Assembly (NCBI GenBank): GCA_022820705.1
Contig: JAJEEZ010000454.1
Span: forward strand, 1 to 33,129
Direction of reading: 5' to 3'
Length of the DNA: 33,129 bases
DNA from: Candidatus Latescibacterota bacterium
GTDB taxonomy: Bacteria > Latescibacterota > UBA2968 > UBA8231
The notes under the pieces were generated by a model, which saw nothing but the letters and a program-made list of their open reading frames with translations, was not told the DNA's origin and made no database searches. This document shows, piece after piece, positions 1 through 7,791 of the stretch (positions are counted from its first letter, which is position 1; every line of letters begins with the position of its first letter). Position numbers and translations under genes: made by a program.

Positions 1-1
1 C

Positions 2-1798
2 TTTGTGGCCGCCGACGGCACCGAGCGAATCATCCTCAATTACGACTTTACGGACCCGGCGTATGTGGGGCCAGATCTAACCTCTATAGTCGAAGTGGAG
101 TTCGACTATGTGCTAGCCAATGACTTCAAGGTCGAAATGTGGTCTAATCTGCAGACGGGCACGCGCCCGGTGCCGCCGCCGCCGCTGACCAACCAAGTCA
201 TTGAAGAAGCCGAGCCGGTGCTCATCGACATAAGGCGGGCCGCTGGCAATATAAAGGATATATCCAACGCTCAGCGGGTTCTTTTCAACTACGGCTTGCC
301 CTCGGCCAACATGGTCGCCGGATTCACTATCGAAGGCAAGAACGTGTGGGGCTTTGATTTCTACGGCGAGTGGAACAACAACCTGCGCTATTTCCAGTAC
401 CCGAATGCCGCCCTGTTTAACGCCAACGAAGGGCACGAGATCGCTACGGAGAGCGGTCAGGCCACCATCTTCAATCTGTCCAAAGAGACCTACCCGTTTT
501 TTACGTATGGCGAAGCCTATTCGGTGGATGCCGACTATTCGACCTCGGCCTTTGTCTCCCTGCCCCAAGGGGACGTGTACTATGACGATCCCATCCGCTC
601 GGTTTACGAATTTGTCGCCGACAACGACGACCAAGACCGTCGGCCCGACTGGGCCCGGGTAGGCTCGCAGGCCAATGACCGGGAGGTGTTTCCCGGCTGG
701 GACGAGAACCTCGACTTCATTTCGGACTTCAACCAGAACGACAACCGCTCGGTACCCAACTCCATTCCCGACTACGAAGAGCCGTTTTTGCGCTATCACG
801 TCGATCGGCCCGAACTGCTCTTTGGCATTGACCTCAACAACAACGGCTGGATCGACCGCTTTGAGGACGACGAGTTGGCCGACTATCCCTACAAGCCCGA
901 CCGGCGCGGATACAATGTCTTTTTCGGCGTTCATCTCTTACCCGAGGCGCGCTTGCTGGTAGGGCGGCTCGACGAGCGCATGCTCTCGGACGATCGGGAC
1001 AACCAAACCTCGTATGCCATGTTCACTCTCGACAAGGACTACCCTGGTTTGGGACGGGTGCGGGTCTTTGATATGCTCAAGCGGGTCGCGGACACCATTC
1101 CCGATGACCGGCGGGCACCGCTACCCTTCCTCGACGCGCCCACGCCGCCGCTGGTGGCGGATATGCTGTTCTTTCCCGATACCTATATCAACACCGCGTG
1201 GCTGGGGGTGGATTACACCGCCATTGCCAATTTCGAGATAGTCAACAAACTCAAATACGAGCGCTACAGCCAAGCCCAAGAGGAGGCTCGCGACATCGAT
1301 GGCCGGATATTGGCTGGTTCGCCCTCCTTCTTGGGCCTGATCAACAAATTCGAGTACAAGCTGCACCTAGGCCGCTTCCTCCTACAACCTAGGCTCAAAA
1401 GTGAGTACTTCCGTCAAGACGCCTTTGTGCAGACGGAAGAAGACCTAAAGCAATGGACTGGGATTGCCTCGCTTTTGGCCCAAGTGCCCCTACTCAACAG
1501 CAGCGTAATTGACTTCGGGGTGGAGTTGGCCCAGTTCAACGAACTGGTACAGCAGGAAGAGGATATGGTTGAGCAGGGCATCGCCGAAGAGACCGGCGAT
1601 CTGCGCTCTGCGGTTTTTGCGGTGCAGTTAACCAACAACTCAAACTATTTGGGCTACAAGCTGACGATGCAACTCGGCCTGCGTATCGGCCGCACCTTCA
1701 CCGAATTGGTACAGGAGGTAGAGCCCCGGGTCTTTGGCAAGCTCACCAAAGGCCGGACCGAGACCACTAGCTTCATCACCATTTACGCCGGACTGTAA
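2..1798 (+). CDS. Large uncharacterised outer-membrane-type protein, 5'-truncated by the window edge; paralog of 1801..4707
   Basis: The frame is open from base 2 to TAA 1796-1798. It is collinear with the C-terminal two-thirds of the next ORF (VLANDF/Y, YGLPS/TAN, FPGW/YDENxDFISDFNQN, LFGIDLNNNGW, YLGYxLTxQ). The C-terminal half has alternating hydrophobic/polar strand-like segments. Confidence 0.85.
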   Translation, partial: FVAADGTERIILNYDFTDPAYVGPDLTSIVEVEFDYVLANDFKVEMWSNLQTGTRPVPPPPLTNQVIEEAEPVLIDIRRAAGNIKDISNAQRVLFNYGLPSANMVAGFTIEGKNVWGFDFYGEWNNNLRYFQYPNAALFNANEGHEIATESGQATIFNLSKETYPFFTYGEAYSVDADYSTSAFVSLPQGDVYYDDPIRSVYEFVADNDDQDRRPDWARVGSQANDREVFPGWDENLDFISDFNQNDNRSVPNSIPDYEEPFLRYHVDRPELLFGIDLNNNGWIDRFEDDELADYPYKPDRRGYNVFFGVHLLPEARLLVGRLDERMLSDDRDNQTSYAMFTLDKDYPGLGRVRVFDMLKRVADTIPDDRRAPLPFLDAPTPPLVADMLFFPDTYINTAWLGVDYTAIANFEIVNKLKYERYSQAQEEARDIDGRILAGSPSFLGLINKFEYKLHLGRFLLQPRLKSEYFRQDAFVQTEEDLKQWTGIASLLAQVPLLNSSVIDFGVELAQFNELVQQEEDMVEQGIAEETGDLRSAVFAVQLTNNSNYLGYKLTMQLGLRIGRTFTELVQEVEPRVFGKLTKGRTETTSFITIYAGL

Positions 1799-1800
1799 GG

Positions 1801-4707
1801 ATGAGGGCGCGTTACATTATATTGGCTGTCCTAGCCGGGTTGGGTCTGTGGGGAGGAGCCGCTGCCCAAGTCGACTATGGGGGCCGTCTGGGAGATCGGG
1901 TGGGAAACCGCGTCATTTACCACGTGCCCGGCGTGACTACGTATATGGAGGCGCTGGACCCGACTGTGCAGCGCTGGTACATACCGGCCCCCCTGTTTGG
2001 CGAATTTGGCCGCAATCAGTGGGAGTACACCAACTACGCCCGCCAAGCCCACAGGCGTTATATCAACCCCTCGTCAGAGGGGGAACTCTTCTACGATCCC
2101 TTCGGACGCCTCATTACGCGAGGCTGGCTGGTGTACGACTGGCGCCAGACAAAACCACTGATCGCCGAGAGTTCTTCCATCAGGAAAGGTGGCCAGTACA
2201 ACAACTGGTTTAGCCGCTTGGTCATATCCGGGGACTCCAAGGGCCAGTACCGCTATTCTGTGATGGTCGGAGACGAGATATGGACTACCCTAACGCCGAT
2301 GACTTTCCGCAAGGCGGGGTTTAACGGGGTAGTAGCTGACTTCGCCGCAGACCGCTTTCGCGCCACAGGGCTTTTTTCGCGGATTTCGTTCCCGCTCCTT
2401 TCGGGGGGCACCGCGCGCTTCCAGTACGCTACCAACCTCACTGCGGGTCGAGTTGAAGCCGACTTGACTGATTCTTTTACGTTGGGGATGAATTTCGTCA
2501 ACAGCCACAACAACACCGGCAGCAACGAGAGCTTCCAAGGGAATGTGTTCAAGGGTGCCCTGACGGCGGGACAACTGGCTCAGCGGGTTGATCTGCTCTT
2601 GGTGCGGCTGTCGGACGACTCGCCAGAAGATGGCGAGGGCGGTGCCGTCTTGGTTAGCGAGGAGATCGAGATCCGCACTACCCTAAGCCGTCAGGAGATG
2701 ATTCAAGATCAGCTAGTCCACGTGGAGCGGGATACCGTCATCCTCAGCAGCAGTATCGGCTTTAGACCGACCATTGAGGGAGGGAAGATAGACCGGGGGT
2801 TTCTAACGGCCGATGGTGCGGACCAGATCATTTTGCAATATCACTTGGCTCCTAGGGAGACGGCGGGGGAAGAGGGAACCTTGCGTGCGCTCTTCCAGCA
2901 ACACCTAGATCTCACCCTATCTGAAGCTGAAGCCGCGATTAGCGCCATTCGAGACGTGCGCTTTCGCCTCGTGCTAGCCAACGATTACCGCGTCGGGGTC
3001 AGTTCCAATAGGCAGACGGACAAATTTAACGTGCCTCAATTTTTACCCGTGGCGCGGGCCGATGGCAATATCAAGAACCAACTGAATCAGCGCGAGGTCG
3101 TCTTCGACTATGGGCTACCTACGGCCAACCAGATCATCGGTCTGACGGCCGAGGTGCGGGATTTTCACGGCTTCGATTTTTACGGGGAAATAAACCTCAA
3201 TACCCAGTACCGAAAGTACCCCAGCATAGGGCGCGATTCCCACCGTGCGATCAACGGCATTGAGGGGGATCCCCATGAAGTAGGCTGGTTAGTCAATTTG
3301 GCCTTCCGGGAGGGCCCTTGGAGCTTTATGGGTGAGGGGTTTGGCATGGAAGATGGATACCGCACCAGCGTCCTGACGGTAAATCGAGATGGGGTGTCCG
3401 ACTACTCCCCCGAGGCCGTCAACCTGCACTACGAATTTGTGGATGACAACGACGACAACGACCGGCAGCCCGACTGGCTGCGGGTGGGTGAGGGCAGCTT
3501 TGTCCCCACCGAGCGCCGCAGCGAAATCGAGGTGCGCGGCGTGGCCGATCCGGCGATTTTCCCCGGATATGACGAGAATCGCGACTTCATATCGGATTTC
3601 AACCAGAATAGCACCATCGATCGAGTGAATTTTTTTCCCGACTACGACGAGCCTTTTTTGCGCTATGCCGCGGATCGCCCAGAATTTCTCTTCGGCATTG
3701 ATCTCAACAACAATGGGTGGGTAGAGCGCTTTGAGAACGACCAAGAGCCGGACTATCCCTACAAGCGAGACCACTGGGGTTACAATGTCTTCGGCGGGCT
3801 CGAGGTGGCACCGGGTATCCAGCTACGGATGGGTCAGTTGCGGCAAATTCGCTTGGCGAGCGATCGCCGCAACCTGACTAGCTATGGAATGTTCATCTTG
3901 GAGCAGAGTGGGTCGCGGTGGGGTCGTCTGCGGATTTTCGACATGGTTAAGAAGGCCGAAGACGCGATCGCCGACCACTTAGTGCAATGGATCATTCCTA
4001 GAAGCACATTCGGCGCAGCGGCTGAGTCGGCAGGTAGCAATGTGCCGGTATTGGATCCCTTGGCTGCGGAGGATACTTGGATCAACACTTTTTACGCCGA
4101 CTGGGAGTATTCTAGCCCGCGTTTGTGGCGGACTCTGCATCGCTTCAAATGGGAGACTTGGCGGCAGCGCGAATTTTTGCGCGACGCACCGGACGAGGTG
4201 GGCGATTCTGGAGTGGCCTTTGACCCGCTAGGCCCTGAGGGACGCAACGGGCGACGGACCTCGGGCTTTGTCGGACTGATCAATAAGATAGAATACATCT
4301 TTTACTGGCGGTCGCTGAGTTTCAGGCCCAAACTCAAGAGCGAATTCCTGCGCGAGGTGCCCTTTAGCCGAGCATTCGACACGCGGCGCTCTTGGGACGG
4401 CATTTTCTTCTTTGTCGGCAGCGTTCCAGTGTTTGAGACCTCTGAGTTCGAGTTCGGCTTGGAGCAGCGCTCTTTCTTCGACCTCGAAGAAAGGGAAGAC
4501 GAACTGGCAACCGGGCTATTCACTGGGGATTTTCGCGGCTCGGTTTTGGCGTTGCAACTGACCAATACCAGCCAATATCTAGGCTACGAGCTAACCACTC
4601 AGGTGGGCATCCGCCTCGATCGCCGCTCGTTGGAGGTTGTTGACCGGAGCCGAGAGATCGAGACCTCGGGCTTGAGTTTTCTATCGATTATCGCCGGCTT
4701 AAAGTGA
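1801..4707 (+). CDS. Large secreted/outer-membrane-type protein (968 aa) with signal peptide, acidic Ca-binding-like core and beta-strand-rich C-terminus
   Basis: Sec signal MRARYIILAVLAGLGLWGGAAA-Q. Starts 2 nt after the upstream stop. DxNxxG/DxDxD-like motifs. Paralogous to the upstream ORF. The beta-barrel call is inferred from strand periodicity. Confidence 0.85.
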   Translation: MRARYIILAVLAGLGLWGGAAAQVDYGGRLGDRVGNRVIYHVPGVTTYMEALDPTVQRWYIPAPLFGEFGRNQWEYTNYARQAHRRYINPSSEGELFYDPFGRLITRGWLVYDWRQTKPLIAESSSIRKGGQYNNWFSRLVISGDSKGQYRYSVMVGDEIWTTLTPMTFRKAGFNGVVADFAADRFRATGLFSRISFPLLSGGTARFQYATNLTAGRVEADLTDSFTLGMNFVNSHNNTGSNESFQGNVFKGALTAGQLAQRVDLLLVRLSDDSPEDGEGGAVLVSEEIEIRTTLSRQEMIQDQLVHVERDTVILSSSIGFRPTIEGGKIDRGFLTADGADQIILQYHLAPRETAGEEGTLRALFQQHLDLTLSEAEAAISAIRDVRFRLVLANDYRVGVSSNRQTDKFNVPQFLPVARADGNIKNQLNQREVVFDYGLPTANQIIGLTAEVRDFHGFDFYGEINLNTQYRKYPSIGRDSHRAINGIEGDPHEVGWLVNLAFREGPWSFMGEGFGMEDGYRTSVLTVNRDGVSDYSPEAVNLHYEFVDDNDDNDRQPDWLRVGEGSFVPTERRSEIEVRGVADPAIFPGYDENRDFISDFNQNSTIDRVNFFPDYDEPFLRYAADRPEFLFGIDLNNNGWVERFENDQEPDYPYKRDHWGYNVFGGLEVAPGIQLRMGQLRQIRLASDRRNLTSYGMFILEQSGSRWGRLRIFDMVKKAEDAIADHLVQWIIPRSTFGAAAESAGSNVPVLDPLAAEDTWINTFYADWEYSSPRLWRTLHRFKWETWRQREFLRDAPDEVGDSGVAFDPLGPEGRNGRRTSGFVGLINKIEYIFYWRSLSFRPKLKSEFLREVPFSRAFDTRRSWDGIFFFVGSVPVFETSEFEFGLEQRSFFDLEEREDELATGLFTGDFRGSVLALQLTNTSQYLGYELTTQVGIRLDRRSLEVVDRSREIETSGLSFLSIIAGLK

Positions 4708-4714
4708 TTTTTGC

Positions 4715-4743
4715 TTGACCTTATAGGCTATTTTTATTAATTA
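4715..4743 (+). promoter_or_regulatory. Possible sigma70-type promoter for the 4818 gene
   Basis: TTGACC at 4715-4720 followed by an AT-rich tract (TATTAATTA, 4735-4743) in an otherwise GC-rich region. The -10 match is imperfect. Confidence 0.35.
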
Positions 4744-4817
4744 CAGGGCGTAGAACCCGAGTATCGCTTTACCGTACTAGCTTGCAAAACCTCACACCTC
4801 TAAAAAGGAGGGTCGCC

Positions 4818-5738
4818 TTGAAGAAAGCTTTATCCGTCTTATTTACCCCTGTGCTTTTGCTTGGCTTGAGCACCCAGGTACAAGCCCACGATCCGCCCGA
4901 TTTTATCGGCGCGGTGTGGCAATGGCCCGAGACTCACCTGCCGGTCTTAGATGCCGATCTGAGCGAATGGGATATCATTCCCGAGGAATTTTGGATCACC
5001 GAGCAGAGCGTCGTACAGAGCACGGCCCGGCCGTGGATCTACACCGGCGATCTGGACGTGTCCTCGATTTCCTTTCGCTGGATTCCCACTTGGAACGAGG
5101 AAACCAACCGCATCTACTGGGCCTACGAGCGCTTCGACGATAAGTACCAGTTGGGCAACGAGTCGGTCGAAACGACCGTAGATGCCGACCACTCGGGCGG
5201 CTCCTTCTGGGATCTGGAAGGCCAGACCGAAGAGGAAGTAGCACGCCAGCGCGGTCGCCATGCCCAAATCAGCCACTATTGGTTCGACAATGGCCAAGCC
5301 CGTGAGGGAGAGTGGAACTGGTTTTGGATGACCCAAGCTACCTGGTACGACACGCCGCCGTACTCCGATCACGCCTATTGGTTTAGTGGCACGGCTCCCA
5401 ATTCCTTTGAGGAGATGCGCCAACGGGCCGAATGGTGGAGCGTCTATTGGGACGACTTCAACTGGGAAGATCCCGCCGGAAGCGTCCTGCACGACTTCGA
5501 GCAGGACCAGATCATCGGCCTTACAGGGCACGTCTTCGATACTGATGCCGAGCTATCCGACGACTGTAACTGTCATTCGCGCTGGGCCATCAGTCCCAAC
5601 ATCGAATCCTTCGGCGACGCTGATTTCTTGGCCGACTGGGTGCTGCTGGGCGTTGACGATTCCGCCTTTGAAGGTATCGCGCCCACAGCCGTTGAAGACA
5701 ACACTTGGGGCCAGATCAAGGCTTCATTCGGCAAATAA
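4818..5738 (+). CDS. Secreted CBM9/DOMON-like putative carbohydrate-binding protein with a C-terminal 'AVEDNTWGQIKASF' tail
   Basis: Start moved from 4782 to TTG 4818 because AGGAGG lies at 4806-4811 and a signal peptide follows (MKKALSVLFTPVLLLGLSTQVQA-H). The motifs PVLDADLSEW, WNEETNRIYW...DD, ESVETTVDAD and IIGLTGHVFDTD resemble CBM9_1/DOMON-like domains. Confidence 0.75.
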   Translation: MKKALSVLFTPVLLLGLSTQVQAHDPPDFIGAVWQWPETHLPVLDADLSEWDIIPEEFWITEQSVVQSTARPWIYTGDLDVSSISFRWIPTWNEETNRIYWAYERFDDKYQLGNESVETTVDADHSGGSFWDLEGQTEEEVARQRGRHAQISHYWFDNGQAREGEWNWFWMTQATWYDTPPYSDHAYWFSGTAPNSFEEMRQRAEWWSVYWDDFNWEDPAGSVLHDFEQDQIIGLTGHVFDTDAELSDDCNCHSRWAISPNIESFGDADFLADWVLLGVDDSAFEGIAPTAVEDNTWGQIKASFGK

Positions 5739-5765
5739 GCGGTTTTTGCGCCGCATAAGCGCCTC

Positions 5766-5807
5766 ATAAAGAAGGGGGGGAATTCTATTCCCTCCCTTCT
5801 TTTATTT
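5766..5807 (+). terminator. Intrinsic (rho-independent) terminator
   Basis: Stem AAAGAAGGGGGGGAAT (5768-5783), loop TCT, ATTCCCTCCCTTCTTT (5787-5802) with one G-U pair, then TATTT. It lies about 30 nt after the 5738 stop. Confidence 0.8.
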
Positions 5808-5843
5808 ACTATCTGGATCATCTACCGGAGCAGGAGGTAGATA

Positions 5844-7766
5844 ATGAGAGGGAAATTGCTGCGACTTTTGTCGGCTGTGCTAGTAGGGAGCTTATGCTAT
5901 GAGCTAGCTGAAGTCGAGGCGCTCACCGTGTATCGCATTGGTGGGGAGGAGCTACCGCCGCCGGAAGTGGATGGAGACTTTGAATTTATCCAGTTGTCTT
6001 GGGCTGATGTGGACGAAAAACAGCTCGGCAGGATAGACCTCTTGGAGGTTGCAACCCATTCTATTGAGCCTCAGCGTCTAGACCCCACCGTCAATCTGAC
6101 GCCGCTGATTCGGGAGCGGGGCGGCGGCATACGCTCGAACAATTCCTACGGTTGGCAATCGGAAGCCCTCTTAGACTTCTTGATGGACGGCGATCTGACT
6201 ACTGCTTATTTGGGCAGTGGCCGCAGCCAGTCGGCCGACTGCTCGCCGTGCAAGAAGGGCATCTGGTTTGAGTTGAACGGACTGTTTCCCATCCGACGCA
6301 TCAAAATTTCTACCACGGAGCGCTTTGCCCACCAGCGCTTCATCGAGGTGTTCGAGATAGGAACCAACGACGGCGATTCGCGCAAAAAGGGAACCCGAGA
6401 AGGGCAATACCATTGGCGCGGGGCCTTTCTCGATTACGATGTCGTGTTCTCAGTCGCCAATAATTTGGAGCCCTTTCTCGATTTGGAACTGCCCGATCGA
6501 CCCATTGCCGAAATTCTTTTTAAGGCACCTGTTGGCAATTGGGAGATCGCCGAATTTGAGATCTTCGGGGATGGCTTTGCCTCGCAGGCCAGCTATGTAT
6601 CCAATGTCATTGATTTGGGCATGGCTTCTAGCCTAGGTGAATTGACTTGGTCGGGCAGCCGAGATCAAGGCGCAACGGTCAACCTGAGCATGCGCAGCGG
6701 CGATGACACAGATCCCAATTTCTATTGGCGCTTCACGTTCAGAGGCGACGAGCGCTCCCGCTTTGCAACTAGCGGCGAACCGCTCACTCTGGACCGCTAT
6801 AACAGACTGGAGGCAGGCGAGAAAGCCGGGATCAGCCCGGACAACGAAAGTTGGGAGTTCTGGACGCCGCCGCTCGATTTCGATCGGGGGCATTCCGAAT
6901 TAGTGGGTTTACGGCCTCGGCGCTACTTGCAGTTCAAGGCGGACTTTCTCTCGGAGCGGGCGCTTGCGGCCGGACGCATGGAGTACTTGCAGTTTAGCGT
7001 CTCCCAACCTCCGGTGGCCAGCCAAGTGCTGGCCGAGATCGTGCCGCACCAAGTCGAGGTGGGCGAGGTCGTCCAATTCATCTACAAAATCCTGCCCAAC
7101 TTAGAGCAGAATGATCTCGGCTTCGACAGCATTGAGATCGACACCCCCATAGAAGTTACGAGCATTGACGCAGTGTACATCGGCGGCGAAGAACAGGATT
7201 TTACCATCGCGGAAAGAGACGCGAAGAGCTTTGTGGTACAAGTACCGCGAATCGATCTCAACCGCACGGGCGAGTTGGTCGAGGTCGAATTTCAGGCTGA
7301 GGTTTTTCAGGTAGGCACGGTATTTTCGGGCCGGGTCTTCGACAGTCAACTCCCCCATGAGGTGCGCCAGCGCATCACGGCGGGGAACGCCGATGATCTG
7401 GCCGAGAGCAATACCCTGAGCGTCGGGTTGAGTACGGTGGCCAATCCAGCGGTCAAGGCATTGTGGCTTTCGCCGCCGCTCTTCACCCCCAATGGCGATG
7501 GCGTCAACGATGTGCTACAGATTGAATACGATCTGGTAAACCTCAGCGGCGATGTGCCCGTGACGATTGATCTCTACGATTTGGCGGGAGTGAAGCGATG
7601 CGAGGTGGCCCATAGTACAGCGGCTAGTGGTCGGTTCTCGGCTACTTGGGAGGGCGTGGATGATGCGGGCAACCTGCTACCCCCCGGACTCTATCTCTTG
7701 CGTCTCGAAGTGGATTCAGACAAGGCCAAGGATGTCGAAGTCGCAGTCGTGCGGCTAGTTTATTAA
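5844..7766 (+). CDS. Secreted multidomain beta-sandwich protein with a discoidin/F5-8-like region and a C-terminal FlgD-Ig / CHU_C-type domain
   Basis: SD AGGAGG upstream; signal peptide ending ...AEVEA; MDGDLTTAY...IRRIKI...EFEIFG (discoidin-like); C-terminal FTPNGDGVNDVLQIEY...WEGVDDAGNLLPPGLYLLRL. Confidence 0.8.
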   Translation: MRGKLLRLLSAVLVGSLCYELAEVEALTVYRIGGEELPPPEVDGDFEFIQLSWADVDEKQLGRIDLLEVATHSIEPQRLDPTVNLTPLIRERGGGIRSNNSYGWQSEALLDFLMDGDLTTAYLGSGRSQSADCSPCKKGIWFELNGLFPIRRIKISTTERFAHQRFIEVFEIGTNDGDSRKKGTREGQYHWRGAFLDYDVVFSVANNLEPFLDLELPDRPIAEILFKAPVGNWEIAEFEIFGDGFASQASYVSNVIDLGMASSLGELTWSGSRDQGATVNLSMRSGDDTDPNFYWRFTFRGDERSRFATSGEPLTLDRYNRLEAGEKAGISPDNESWEFWTPPLDFDRGHSELVGLRPRRYLQFKADFLSERALAAGRMEYLQFSVSQPPVASQVLAEIVPHQVEVGEVVQFIYKILPNLEQNDLGFDSIEIDTPIEVTSIDAVYIGGEEQDFTIAERDAKSFVVQVPRIDLNRTGELVEVEFQAEVFQVGTVFSGRVFDSQLPHEVRQRITAGNADDLAESNTLSVGLSTVANPAVKALWLSPPLFTPNGDGVNDVLQIEYDLVNLSGDVPVTIDLYDLAGVKRCEVAHSTAASGRFSATWEGVDDAGNLLPPGLYLLRLEVDSDKAKDVEVAVVRLVY

Positions 7767-7791
7767 CCCTACAAACTATGGTTTTAGATTT

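Noticed and set aside
113-934. Long antisense ORF (273 aa) and similar ones (e.g. 4947..5531, 12910..13587, 23866..24510, 31347..32237)
   Set aside because: They lie opposite well-supported genes. Their V/E/G-rich composition is the mirror of Asp/Asn/Phe codons in GC-rich DNA, and they show no motifs or SD.
605-3792. Recent DNA duplication or gene conversion between the two large paralogs
   Set aside because: Shared blocks differ mostly at synonymous positions, indicating old paralogy under protein-level selection.
5562-5580. CNCH in the CBM9-like protein as a heme c site
   Set aside because: The spacing is CxCH, not CxxCH, and there is no cytochrome context.
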